Below, in pieces: positions 9,931 to 23,835 of a stretch of DNA of 64,000 bases. The stretch covers positions 248,001 through 312,000 of the forward strand of contig JBECUI020000026.1 of assembly GCA_040954595.2 (NCBI GenBank). The letters run 5' to 3'. Every line of letters starts with the position of its first letter. The first letter of the stretch is position 1. The notes below the pieces were generated by a model. It made no database searches. It saw only the letters and a list, made by a program, of their open reading frames with translations, and was not told the DNA's origin. This DNA comes from Balanoglossus misakiensis. Lineage: Eukaryota; Animalia; Hemichordata. A program made the translations under genes and the position numbers.

Positions 9931-10539
9931 CATGTATGTTGCCTGTAAGGCACACATCTCCAATTGGTACATTGGGCCTATCATACTGTACATGTACAAC
10001 TAGGAAAATGTACTTCATCATATTTCCATAGTCAGCAGCTTCAAGAACATGTTGCCTTCTCTATATGAATGTTTAGACTAAAAAGAAGTATAAGAAGAAT
10101 AAAGTTGTCCAATTATTGTTGGCAGGGGGTGGGGATGTGTGCTCCCATACAAATGTATATGGGTATGTACTCTTTAAGAAAAACGTTCATATGCAAGAGA
10201 AAAATGGTAAATGACAAAGAAAATTTGACTGGTATTACAATAGGTCGGGTTTTTGGCATTTACACATATTGATGTTATCAACCGGGAAGCACACTACGTC
10301 CTGAAAATAATTGGAGACCTCTCGCCCGGGGTGTCGGCCAGTGGCCACATACATTTCCAGTCCTAAACCTTGCATCAGTTCTGTGGTGCGGATTAAGAAA
10401 TAAGATTGGCGCTACAATATGCCCACTTAGTTTGAAATGGATTCTGCATATATACATGTAAACACATTGAAAATGAGATATTACACATATAATCATGGGA
10501 CAAGAAGGGCAAAAATTAAATTATCCAGCAGGTGTTCGA

Positions 10540-11200
10540 ATTATGCAAATTAGAACAGTTGTCTAATATTGCCATGTCAACCACGTTGAAATTGTTTTAG
10601 GTACCCATATTAATTAAAACCGTGAAAATGCGATATTACACACCATATAAGACAAACCAGGGAAATTTACATGTTAGAGAAGTTTGTCGGCCATTTTGGA
10701 TTATGCAAATTAGAACAGTTGTCTAATATTGCCATGTCAACCACGCTGAAATTGTTTTAGTTACCCATATTGATGAAAACCCTGCAAATGCGATTTTAGG
10801 CACCATATAAGACAAAACAGGGAAATTTACATTTAAGAAGAGTTTGGTGGCCATTTTGGATTATGCAAATTAGAACAGCTGTCTAATATTGCCATGTCAA
10901 CGACGTTGAAATTGTTTTAGGTACCCATATTGATGAAAACCCTGCAAATGCGATATTACACACTATTAAAGACAACCATAGTAAATTTACATGTTAGAGA
11001 AGTTTGTCGGCCATTCTAGATTATGCAAATTAGAACAGCTGTCTAACATTGCAATGTCAACCACGTTGAAATTGTTTTAGGTACCCATATTGATGAAAAC
11101 CCTTCAAATGCGATACTACACACTATTTAAGACGACCATAGGAAATTTACATGTTAGAGGAGTTTGGCGGCCATTTTGGACTATGCAAATGAGAAGAGTT
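10540..11200 (+). repeat. 160-bp tandem repeat (4 units plus a partial) with an ATGCAAAT octamer; duplicate at 58112-58772
   Basis: tatgcaaat recurs at about 10540, 10700, 10860, 11020 and 11180. Typical of transposon-internal repeats. Confidence 0.9.
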
Positions 11201-13669
11201 GAACAAAAAATGCCATATTTGCAATGCTGTTGTCTTGTTTTGGGTGCCTATGTTAAGGCTTGAAAATGAAAGCTTATTCACCATTTTGGCACAAACAGTG
11301 GCGAGAAGGTGTTCCAATGTAACTTAGAAGAGTTGCCATATTTGCAATACAGTTATATTGTTTAAGGTATGAATGCAAATCCTGAATATTAGATTTATAA
11401 CAATTTCATTGGAAAGAACATTTGTAGGTTCATCATTGACCCCATAGGACTGTCAACTCGACTACAGACAGTCTCGATGAACACAAGACATGATCCCAAT
11501 TTGCAAGCTGAGTTGAAACTGACTGCTGCAGTAACTTTAGCTCTGGGAATGTCTTGTGTGATTTAAAGCAATTGATGACCAAATTTAACACAGTTTCTCT
11601 GAGGTAACCACTTAGCTTTCGTGACTGGTTGTTTAAGAATCCAAAAAACATGAATTCTACCCAATGAATTCAACCCTTAGAATTTCACAACTGTAACAGA
11701 GTTTGCAGTCATGCACAAAAGTGTGTATCATACACATAAGAAATTTCTCACATGTATTTTTATGATGGCAATGCATTTGACTGTAAACAAACATTGACAT
11801 CAGTCAGTAGCGCTATTTTGTCAGTGAAATGGCTTCATCATCATCCCTCCAACCAAAGTTGAAACTGAGTTGCAAATATTGCACAGCTTGAAATCATAAA
11901 ATGTTGCAAAATTGAACCAACAGTTCGGTCAATGATCAAGTTCTTACAGCTATTATTAGAACCAGACAATCTCAGCGAACAAGAGACATGGGCCTTATTT
12001 GCAAGTCGAGTTAGAACTGCCTTTGCCTGCCCACGGACGCCCCAGTTTCAGCAAAAATTATTGCATTAAAATGTGAGTATGGAGAACTATGCTCTGTGTT
12101 CCTTTTGTTAGCTTACATAGCTGTTGTCATTCTAGTTTTTCCTCTGTCCTGTGAACAGAGTTTCAGTTGCGAAAACCGACAGTTCTTAAAGTACAAAAGT
12201 ACACCTAAATTGCCTCGGTGATGAGCATGCAGAATTTATCTGATGCTTTTTACTGGCAGAAGGACCCCACCAGTTGCAGATTGTCAATTCCATGGCACAA
12301 GGGAATTTACGCTTTGCGTTCAAATATAAATAATTAACACCTGTTTAATTTTTCTATATGTTCTTTAGTGATGATTCAAAAGTATTATGACTGCTAGTGT
12401 GATTAATATTCTATTTTCAAAATGTGTTTTTCTTAATGATTATGAATACATCAAAATTTATGCTTTAAAATTAAATCATTTTACCTGAAATATTGCAAAT
12501 ATTTGGAGGGTTGCATTTAATTTGAAGTTCTCGATCAAAGTTTTAGGCATAAAAAAGGTGCTACACCCCCGAAAAATTGGTAGCTATGAATTCAATTCAA
12601 AGAGTGTTGTAATGTCTGTTTTGCAACAGGGTGCCAGTTCAACAAAGCGCATGAGGATAGTAAATCACCTTTGTGAATTTTGTGCACCACAGTAAGAATT
12701 CCCTAGAAACTGCAAACTAAATTGCAAAGCAATCAGACAAAAATGGCAGTAATTGCCAAAAAAAAAAAAAAAAAAATATTGTCACTTCCATCACTGGGTT
12801 TGTTAAATTGTCATAAAATCACACCTAAAAACATGCAAACCAAATTTTAAAAAAAATGTGGGTAGAGGTTTCTGAGTATATGACGACCAAAATCACCCAA
12901 AAATATACTTCAAAAATGAAAAATAAAATCTGTATAAAGTCTCAATAACATAAATACACACCAATTTCTAAAGCAATCTGACCAGTACCTTCTTGAGTTT
13001 CTGAGTTTAGAACAATTTCACATTGGTCCCAATGGTATATTGACATATACAAAATTGGACCTAAAGAGTAAAACACATTTCAAAGATTTTACAATTAAAG
13101 CCTCACAAGCTGCCAAATTTTACACATCTTTTTCCACAATAACATTTTTCAAATCATCCACCTATCCTTTAAAATCAGCACCATTGAGACATATTACTTG
13201 AATTTGCATGGGGTTTGTCATCTCTCTGCGATGTGTACCCTCCATATGGAGGCTGATTAAAACAGGTGTGGCGCTTGTTTAATATCTGACTTCTTTAAAT
13301 TGCAACATACAGGCACATTCATTAGTCAATAAAATGTTCATGTATACCTATCAGTCAGTTTGTTTAGATGAACAAATCTAAGATGGAAAGTAATATCATG
13401 AAAATACTGAAAGATTGGAAACTCTGAGTTTGAGTCTAAGGATAACAAGGGAACCTCTCTACTATTTGACGCACCAAAGCTATGAAAAACTTCCTTCTTT
13501 CCCTCAAATATTTTTTATGAATATGTTCTACTCCGTGATTAAAATTTCCCTTTTACCAAATGTACATATGTAAGAGACGTGATTTTTTCAGCAAAATTTC
13601 AATTGGCCTACGGTGACTTTTTACCTACTTACCCATATTGGGTAGCATGAAACACAGAATGGCATACCA

Positions 13670-14870
13670 GTGGGTTAGAGATACAGCGTTTTATATTAAC
13701 ATGAATTAACATGAAACTAAAAATTTGATGGTTTACTTAGGACTGCCTTGATCCATGGTAACCTCATTAAATATGTACATATCTAATTCTAGGCTATCCA
13801 GTTGCGGTAGAAACCTGGACATGGACAACTTTGGGGTCAAAATCTTTTGACAAAATGTTGGGTGATCTTGGGTAAACTTTGACCTACATTCCTATATCTT
13901 GGCATCCGGCACAGATACATCCCTGACACTTGGAGTGATGGAACTGCATAATGGAGTATTATGTCTCAGCTAGTCACAGTGCTTTTGCTGTGTTTTATGT
14001 CTTTTATTCAGCCAAATTAGATGTTTTTCATTACACATTGGCTGTGTTTGCCAGTACTTTTTAGCTGGTCACACTGCCTTAACACAATGTATTCTCAAAA
14101 TACTCTGCAATCTTTATGAAGCATATACAGCAGACAAAGTTGTGGTAAGACTAAACTTGCCCTTCTTTGTGATTAAAGCATGACCGGCCTGTCTTAGGTG
14201 GCCCCTACCTAGGGGCTTTACCCGTCATTGGCTCACAGTCTGAGAAATCAGCTCTGCAGGGAAGTTAACGATGTAACCCACCATTAAAGCTTGGATTTCC
14301 GCTTTTTGTATTTGATGCCTGGCTGAGGCCTTCTTAGGATCTACCCAACGCTGAGTAGGCTATCCCGTCATTGGCACACAGTCTCAGGGAGGGAGTCAAA
14401 AGTTCAGTATACCATCAAAGCCTTTATATTGTCCATTCTTTTTAAGAGAAGGCTGGCTGCTGTAGAAAAATGTTGATCTCAAATTTATCATGTCCAAAAA
14501 GCCAGACTTCCAGCCCTATTGGTTAGGCTGGCATTAGGTAAGTACATAATTAATGAGGCAAGACATAATACTCAATCAAATAGTTCCATCACTCCAAGTG
14601 TCAAGGTTGTATCTGCTCCGGATGCTAAAATATAGGAATGTAGGTCAAAGTTTACCCAAGATCACACAAATGTTTGTCAAAAGATTTTGACCCCGAAGTT
14701 GTCCATGTCCAGGTTTCTACTTCAGCTGAATAGCCTAGAATTAGATATGCACATATTTAACGAGGTTACCATTGCTCAGGGGGGTCTTAAATTAACCATC
14801 AAATTTTAGTTTCATATTAATGCATATTAATATAAAACACTGTATCTCTAACCCTACAGGTAAGCCTAGA
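13670..14870. repeat. Innermost ~300-bp inverted repeat around a ~590-bp core (counterpart 29830-31010)
   Basis: 13670-13970 is the reverse complement of 14555-14870. The stems resemble the HINE-internal units at 36683-39780. Confidence 0.9.
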
Positions 14871-15404
14871 ATTAGGTACATGTACATGCGTAAGTTTTTG
14901 ACAAGACAGTTAAGCTGTAATATATGTACATGAACCTTGACAATTGACTTAAAATAACATAAAGGCAGAACTGATACTGATTGGAGATAGATATTACTAA
15001 TGACAGTGATGTTAATTACACCAGGAATGTTTGTCTTAGTATACGGTAGCTAACCGACTGCTTGAGGTTAAGTAATGAAAGTGCCCACTTGCGATTCACC
15101 TTCAAATAGCTACTTAGTCTTTGGTACATGTACATTGTTTTTCCAATGATTAGACAAAGGATATACATACGTGTAATTAAGGTTGGGTAGCATTTTCAAT
15201 GTAATAAGCCCTGCCTTCACTATAATCTTACACCAAATCAACACTGTTCAGTAATGTGATAGGCTTCAAAGCGACGCTAGTTACATCATAATTCCCAGCA
15301 AGGGGTATTAGTTTATTGGGCAAGTGGCATGAGTGAGGCCAGACATTAGTTTTGGAAGCAAAGCGGACAGAACACTGCCGGGCATAGACTAGGTAGTTCT
15401 GAAT

Positions 15405-16792
15405 AGTCATGTTTCATAAGTCAGGTCCATGACATATGTACCGACATCTGTGATTGGTCCATCTGGTAATCTTAGGTCCACTTGAGGCACGGTGATTGGA
15501 GGGACCTTATGTGTTAGGTCTTATTATTATGTATTATTCACTAGACCTTGTAGGTTAGGTCTTATTACTATGTATTATTCACTTTACAGCTCCCTGATTG
15601 GTTAATGTGTAGGTCTCCAATTTTCACTGCCTCGTTATGCAAAGTCTTTTGTCCTTCTGAATACAGTTGTCGTATTCTGTCTGGCATGCTGCCTGCGCGT
15701 TGTCGAAGCTCGATCCCAGTGTATAAAGAAAGGCACTCATATAATGATTGGATTTAACCTTTCCTTCACTATTCATGGCATTTTTTTGTGATACTGTGAA
15801 CTAGATACTCGAAATAAAAATTGCCAGGAGAATTTTTTTATTTTATTTCCAGTGGCGGTTTGTTGAAATGGGCTAGTGTTTTGTTACGTAATGCTTTTCA
15901 GCGCATCACTTCGTGTAACACCTGGCTGAATACGAAGTGTGTGCTATTCATTCGAGCAAACCAAAAATATCTTACAATAGAACTGTTTAGAATAGCATTG
16001 CATTTCTTTAATTGGGATACCTCATTAGTTGCTTTACAGGTATGATTACTTTTATTGTACTTCTTTCACGAAGCTGCACCGTCATAGTTCCATTTTTATG
16101 AAAACAATATACGAATGTATAAACGGACAACGTACTCCTTTTCACAACATCTACGTCAAAACAAATTTACTTTAAAATAGTAAAACAACAATAATAATAT
16201 TGATGATGAGAAGTAGGAGGGTGATTTAAGAAAATATACAACTGTTAGCAAAAATGCTTAGATGTGTTAATCAGATTTTCAAAGTCCATCTAAAAATCAT
16301 TTAATCTTTCCAGGGTGCGGTTTATGTTGGAGATAGTATCAGTCAGGCTATTTCTCAGAAAATTAATGAATGATCTGCGGACATCCCGAATAATGTGTTA
16401 CCACAACGCTAGCCAGGAAGCACATGGGACATTTCACAATGAGGCAGTGAACACTGTGAGACCAGACTGACACGTTAACCAATCAGGGAGCTGTATGGTG
16501 AATAAATACATATTAATATGACCTAACCTACAAGGTCCTGTATTATGAGGCAGTGAACACATGGGGGACCAGACTGACACGTTAACCAATCAGGGAGCTG
16601 TAAAGCGAAAAATGCATAGTAATAAGACCTAACCTACAAGGTCTAGTGAATAATACATAATAATAAGACCTAACCTACAAGGTCCCTCCAATCAGCGTGC
16701 CGCAAGTGGACCTAAGAGAAGCGGATAAACCAATCAAAACATGCAATACATGTGTATAGGACGTGTAATGTAGGTCATTTTGAAACAGGACT
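15405..16792. mobile_element. Non-autonomous TIR DNA transposon, 3-bp TSD AAT (PIF/Harbinger-like by TSD length)
   Basis: TIR AGTCATGTTTCA/TGAAACAGGACT with long subterminal inverted repeats. Empty site ttctgAATgtgacc is seen in the right arm (29287-29300, minus strand). Confidence 0.85.
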
Positions 16793-17804
16793 AATGTGAC
16801 CATGGACGTTACCACATTAGACTCTGTATTGTAAGTTTCTGAAGAATCGCAAAAAATCATCAACAGTCTACATGTACTTCAACCTTGTGAGAAGTACTGT
16901 ATAACACACAGGATATACTAGTCACTGTTGGTCAGGTTATTACACACTGTGGTCCCATCTGGGGATTACACAAAATTAGGTATGTCTGTGTTCATGGGAA
17001 AAATCATGTGACATTGGCAAGCAGATATGACCTTCTGTAAGAACATTTCAAAGGAACCAGACAAGTATTTTAGGGAAAACAACATTCAACAATGACAAAA
17101 ACTGCCTCAAACCACATCTATCCAACTATCAACAAATTGTATAATATCTACTTCAATCACCACGCCTACCAAAGTTGAAAGCAATCTGACTAGTAGTTTC
17201 AAAGAATACAAATTGCAAAAATTGCCCCAAGACCACAATATGTAAATTTCACCAAAATGATATACAACATTACTTGGGTTACCTCTTGGAACAAGCATAC
17301 CAAAATTTAAAAGCAATCTAAGGAGTTTCTCAGAAAATGAATTTTGACCAAAAATGACAGATTACAAATTCTGCGACAATTTAAACAAAACCAACTATGA
17401 TCACCTACCGGAAGTGTCATACTAAATTCTAAAGAAATCAGCCAATCTCTTTAAGAGGAAAAGATTTTTTTTCAAATGGTAAAACAAGACAAAATAATTG
17501 CATAAAAAATAGACAATTCACGATATAAACTCAAAGTATATCAGGTATGATGACATTACCTACATGCATACAAATGTTCAAAGCAGTCTAACCAGTTGTT
17601 GAGTTTTGATCAATTCCACATATTTCACAGGTTATTTGCGTATTTTTGCAATGACAACTTCATTTAAGCAAAATCCCATCTTCACACCAAAATAAAAAAA
17701 GCGTGGTTTCATGTTTTGGATCAGGGCAGACATACATCCATATATACATGTAACATGCAGACACACATGTACACACACACACAAACACATGCATACATGG
17801 CTGC

Positions 17805-17855
17805 ATACATACATACATACATACATACATACATACATACATACATACATACATA
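17805..17855. repeat. (CATA)n microsatellite
   Basis: Direct reading. Confidence 0.95.
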
Positions 17856-17903
17856 GGGAAACGGTCTGGTAATCAATGTTGTGACACTAGCATTAGGCCT
17901 TAA

Positions 17904-18358
17904 ACCCCGGTGCGGAAAGTACTGGGGTTCGGATTAACGTGTGTTTGTACAGTTGTTTATTTGGGAGTGGTCGTCGTGCATAATAACTGTGTAATTGATC
18001 TCATGTACATAGAAAATAATTGAACACTTTACACCTCTATGCGATTGACAGCTGTTTGAATGGCGTGGTTATTGTTTCCCAGGGATGCTTCTGAAAAGCA
18101 CTGAAACCAGATTTCTCCCAAAATCATCGTTGTTTCAAAAGCTCGTGTACTTTTTCATCGATAACTTTATGTTGTGTGTGTTTATAAAGCCAACCACTGT
18201 CGTTGTGTGGTGTAATTCTTTATGCTTGGATCTGTTTGGGCCGATTTTCATAGAGCCAAGATCGTTAGAGCCAAGATCGTTGGTGTTGTCTGTTGTCAGT
18301 CAAACGGCATTAAGATTCGCCACTGATTTGGGGGGTCTTTTATACCACGCATCGGGGT
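17904..18358. mobile_element. MITE with TTAA TSD (piggyBac/Kolobok class)
   Basis: TTAA-ACCCCGGTGCG...CGCATCGGGGT-TTAA. Empty site caTTAAggcc at 28181-28190 in the other arm. Confidence 0.85.
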
Positions 18359-21064
18359 TTAATGTTTACGATATCAGGACAATTTATATCATATGAAGTT
18401 TTATGTATTCATAATTATTCAGAGAAGCAAATTTTTAAAAATGTGAAATTGTTATCAATCGGATGTGCACTGACAGCATGCTTATATGGAATACAGGTAC
18501 TCTAACACAATCAGTCATAACACTTTTGAATCATCAATAAATAACATATAGAATAATTTTACAGGATTTAATTATTTATATTTGAACGCAAAGCGTAAAT
18601 TCCCTTGTGCCATGGAATTCACAATCTGCAACTGGTGGGGTCCTTCTGCCAGTAAGAAGCATCAGATAAATTCTGCATGCTCATCACCGAGGCAATTTAG
18701 GTGTACTTTTGTACTTTGAGAACTGTCGGTTTTCGCAACTGAAACTCTGCTCACAGGACGGAGGAAAAACTAGAATGACAACAGCTATGTAAGCTAACAA
18801 AAGAAACACAGAGCATAGTTCTCCATACTCATATTTTAATGCAATAATTTTTGCTGAAATTGGGGCGTCCGTGGGCAGGCAAAGGCAGTTCTAACTCAAC
18901 TTGCAAATCAGGCCCATGTCTCTTGTTCCCTGAGACTGTCTGGTTCTAATAATAGCTGTAAGAACATAATCGTTGACCAAAGGGTTGGTTCAATTTTGCA
19001 ACATTTTATGATTTCAAGCTGTGCAATATTTGCAACTCTGTTTCAACTTTGGTTGGAGGGATGATGATGAAGCCATTTCACTGACAAAATAGCACTACTA
19101 ACTGACATCCATATTTGTTTACAGTCAAATGCATTGCCATCAGAAAAATGCATACGAAAAAATTCTTATGTGAATAATACACACTTTCTTGCACAACTGC
19201 AAACTCTGTCACATTTGTGAAATTTTAAGGAAATTCATTCATTGGGTAGCTTTATGAATTCTTAAACAAACTTAGTCATGAAACCTAAATGGTTACCTTA
19301 CACATCTGGCGGCTCGACTTCTGTGATATGATAGTCTTCAATTAATGTGTATGTGATTCCATACAAATCCATATGATTACCTGAACGTACAAAATAAATA
19401 AAAAATAAAAAATAAATTAAAAATAAATAAGTATCTCATACATATGCATAAGTGCTTGTGATAAATATATCCTGTATTTAAATAAACCTGTCATTTATTG
19501 ACCTCGTTTTCCTATTAACCCAAAGGACTAGATTGCACTGTAATATTATTACAGCTTCATTTCAATGCAACAGGTACACTACATCATATTGGAGCAAATA
19601 TGCCAGCTCAACATTGATATAAAGAGTGTCAAAATATTGGTGGCTACAAAAGCTTGTGTCCCTTCAATCCATCCTCGCACTCAGGTGAAAACGAACGTCA
19701 TTAGTTTTTGGGAAAAAACCTCTGAAATCAATTTCGGTGAGGCCAAATGTGTTCCAAAGGCAAACCGTTTCTGGTAAACAAATCAATGGCAAATAATTAC
19801 TTCGGCGACATACCAATCAGTCAACATGGCTGCCTAATCGTTGGATAGCCCGGTTTCATCTCGCGATCATTCTGTCTTCCGATATGGCGTTGCATGGTTA
19901 AATTCGTCTCTTCTTTGCCGACATAGTCAGGCGACAGCGGTCCAGAAGCATAGGCAGCGACGCCATCTTGTTTACAATGTGAAGTATCGACTGCGCATGC
20001 TCAATAATTTTCCGCGTTTTTTTTTTTTGCCAACGGCGCGCGCGCGGTGTCTGGTATAGAGAAAATAACAAGCAAGTGCGCGATTATTCATTTGTAAAAA
20101 ATCAGTTATACATTTGTCATCAACGTTTGAAAACTTTCAATGATCTTACCTCGGTAAGCATTTCAAATAGGTACATTTTTATTTAGAACCATCGTATGTG
20201 GAAAATAATAAAACACAGAGTGGGGATTGGCCCTATGTTTGACTTGATCATACCCAGCTCGGTTTGCGTTTTGTCATTGACGAGGGTGTCAGACTTTTGC
20301 TGAGAGAGTGAGTTTCTATAGCGTAAACGTTTATCGACTGGACTTTCTGTGCGCCAACAATTACATTATTTGTGGCCGGGGAACACGTGCAACTTTTGAT
20401 GACTGTTTTTCTAGCGCCGTGTTTTTATCTTACGACCTAGAATACCTGCTTTCGTCACCATGGTCTGCTCTGCACGTACTATGCTTTCCAGTTTATGTAG
20501 CTTGAAGTTGTACCACATTTTGGTTTCCGAGCTGTAGCGAACATAAAACCGAAACTAATAGCTACGTGTTGACCGCAGCGACTGCGTGTTTTTTTGTTGT
20601 ATTCCCAACCTACAGTTTATTCTCATGCAGCTCAGACTGAGGTCGCTTCTAAGAGAAAAAACAACAACATATTTTGGCTGCTGCCAGACCAGGAATGGAA
20701 AATCTTGAGTGGCGCTGGGCTGCATTTCTCTGTAGGACTGTAGTTGTATTGTGCAAGGGTTCGCCAGCATCGCCTTCAGACTTGTTGTCATAGTCACTGG
20801 TGGCGGTTTGTCCTGCACTACTCGTCGTTCTATTTGATGCGGTGGTATTATTCCCAGATGTCTGTGCCGAGGATCCTGCCCGTTTTCCGATTCTCTTCGT
20901 TTTGTCGGCCATTTGCTTCACTTTTTCTGTCATTGTTGCGACGTCAGTCTCTGTTGTTGTTCGAAGGAGGCGAAAGTCCATTCACCATTAATAGCCGAAT
21001 TTCCAAGATCGTCCGTTAATTACAATGCGACGTCACGCTACCATGTCCTAAGAAAGACTACAGG

Positions 21065-21240
21065 GCACATTTTTTTATCTCGTGCGCACGACTTACGTGT
21101 GCATGTGATATTTTCTCGTGAACACGAGTGCGCTCGCAATTTTCTCGTGCGCACGAGATATGCACGAGATAGCATGTTTCTCGTGCACACGAGAAAACAT
21201 CTCGCTGGAACAAGATACTATCTCTTGCACAAGAAATAGA
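21065..21240. repeat. Cluster of palindromic ctcgtgcgcacgag repeats (decayed DNA-transposon subterminal region)
   Basis: About six degenerate copies of TCGTGCGCACGA. Confidence 0.55.
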
Positions 21241-23739
21241 ATAACTGGCAGCCACTATGATGTCTGCCACAGGCAAATTTAAATATTCCACTCTGGATCT
21301 TCTTTCAGCCCTTCGGAAAACATGAGCATTTATGAAATCCGGCTCTCAATTTTTCGAGAAGTTCCAGCAGTTGTGGTGTCGCCAAAAACGAATGTATGCC
21401 ATTCCTGGCGGAAAAAAATATGCAAGAGACGCTTGCAATACACTGCCATCTACCTGACCGCCCTACATGCCTTAATGTAAGGTAGAAGGTCGGGCGGTAG
21501 GAAGAGTTCACCAAAAGAGGGCGCATTTTATCATCCATTGATTTATACTGTGTACGAGCAGAGAAGCCTCAGTGTTCGCGGTTAGAACCGTATCGGTAAG
21601 ACAAAGACAGAAGAGTTGACAGACAACAAACTTATTCAGTTTATATCATATAATTCTTACTGTAAAACGTTCCCTGAATAAAGCCTTGTGCTCATAAGAA
21701 CATTGAAGATTGTCGCATACAGACCGACACCCTTTTATCTATTGTAGGTATTGAATAGAACGCTAAATACCTGTGTATTTCTTATTCATTAAGCAATGAT
21801 GTAACACAACAAGTTTCGGACAGTGTGAAGAAAGGGCCAAAGCACTCTTGCAAGTTAGTGTTGTGTACTCTTTTCCAACACTGCTGCAAGCTGTTCAGCA
21901 CCTGATGCTGCTTGTATCTCCGATGACAAATGGACAGTCTGTGTGCTGTCAAAGTAAATCCATCAATTTTGCGGAGCTGAAAGGAAAATGACAGCTTGTC
22001 AAACTCAAATCTGCCAGACGAAATAGGGAAAGAAATGCATAACAGGTAATCCACCATAGTATGAATTTTAGCCAGCATCCTATGAAATGCGGTGAAACGG
22101 AACTGCAATTAATTTTAAATGAATTCTGCTCAAATTGTTTTGTTAGTTCTCAACATTGGATTGGAACCGTTAAATATATTGTACCGTATAACATTATCAT
22201 ACAGGTTAGTATGTCAAATATTTTTCCATTTGGCATTTTCTTCTTGAGGTCATTTCAACAGTATGCACACCACAGTTTGTGAGATATGGACAGAAACAAA
22301 CAGGAATCTATGCAATGTTATAATAGTATATTATTGTTAACAAGAAAGCGGCAACTCTCTGCCTGGCAGAGAATAATGATAGTCTTTTTGAAAAAAAGGG
22401 CGTGCTGAGGATATGGTCAGTCAAAAACATACATGTATAAGGTATGCCTGAACTAATTTTTAACATGGTGTACATAAATATTTATGCATTGTCACAATGA
22501 CTGGAGGTCTTTAAATGACCAAGCTGTATGGACACCTCATTCAATGTTACATATATTTGTTATTACATGTTTATTGAAATTGCCAGTTGTCTGTTTTAAT
22601 TCTGGCAGTTCTGCTGTGTCTTTTGTCTTGCCCTGACAGAATGCAGTAATATTTGCAGTACAAGAGGAGTGTCAGTAAATAGTGGAGCAATATCTTTCTA
22701 CGAATGTACTCATGCATTGCTCCAAAGTGAAGTACATTCGCAAAACCAGTTTGGGAAATCGGGACTCTTTTCAAGATAATACCACATTTTTGTGGATGTC
22801 ACATGACATGGAAACACTCTAGAATCACGATTGAGATAAGGTTTCGGTTTGATATACCACTTCCTTGTTATTTCAATCTGTATGTTTTCTTAACCCCCTC
22901 CCTCGAAAAAAGGTAATTGAGGTAATTGTAAAATTACCTGAAAACAAACAGGCTACTCTAGCCTCCATTTTATGAGGTTTGTGATGTAACATATTTTGAA
23001 TTTCGTGAATCGATCAAAAGTTTCCGTGCACTAACTATCAAAACTATACCAAAAAATAATTTGGGCAATTCATAAGGAGAATCTAGTGGGTCAGCGGCTA
23101 TAGAACTGACGTAAGTGTAAGTATCAGAGGATTGTGGGTACGAGGCTGGGAAGAGCAAAACTCGAACACTCATGAAATCTACACGTGACGCCAAATTCTT
23201 TGTAATATGAACAGTGGAAAACTGCCATGCCATCCCTCTAAGTGCAAACTTCCAAAGATTTCAATCTGGTAATATTTAAAAAAAAATATTTTATTCAAAT
23301 TCATGTGGTGATATTTAAAAAAAAATATTTTATTCAAATTCATGTTATAAATTAAACTTGCATCTATGATATAGAAATGACTCTGTCTTATATAACAAAA
23401 ATACAAATAACTTGGTTAGATGACCAAAGATTTCCCATCTCGAAAAGTTTCTACCAAAATGACTAACTCCAAATCTGCTAAGAGAGCCCTAGCAAATTTA
23501 ATCACTGCACATTACTCTCGATAAAACGAAATATTGCGCATTCATTTTGTCCTTGAATTGAAATGCATGGCCAGTGTTCATAGACTTCACACACACAGGA
23601 TGTTTAAGGAGTTGAATTGTTATTGACAGCGACCAGGTCGGTAGATTCTATAGGATGAAGAAAAAATGAAAAGACAGTCAGTACATAGCTAAATTCTCCT
23701 ATACAAGGGCGTCTTCAATTGGTACAGTGACTGACTGAA

Positions 23740-23835
23740 TGGATGAATGAATGAATGAATGAATGAATGAATGAATGAATGAATGAATGAATGAATGAAT
23801 GCATGAATGAATGAATGAATGAATGAATGATGAAC
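23740..23835. repeat. (GAAT)n microsatellite
   Basis: Direct reading. Confidence 0.95.

Larger units (their letters stand above)
6576..16428 (+). repeat. Long direct repeat, copy 1 (segmental/tandem duplication, offset 47,572 bp)
   Basis: Matches 54148-64000. All ORFs recur at +47,572. Only two differences were spotted by eye (9030 T/56602 C; 9137 T/56709 C). Confidence 0.98.
11590..19300. repeat. Inner inverted repeat of the left arm (~800-900-bp stems, 11590-12480 / 18370-19300)
   Basis: For example catggcacaagggaatttacgctttgcgttcaaatataaa (12291) versus its reverse complement at ~18575-18615. Confidence 0.9.
10526..20005 (+). repeat. Left arm of a giant inverted repeat
   Basis: Colinear reverse-complement homology to 26342-36686, e.g. 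11450-11610/36280-36437, 13970-14560/30115-30720, 19800-20005/26342-26550. Confidence 0.92.

Noticed and set aside
20555-22282. Transposase or host ORFs in the palindrome spacer
   Set aside because: Short low-complexity ORFs with no catalytic motif I can recognise; tBLASTx would be needed.
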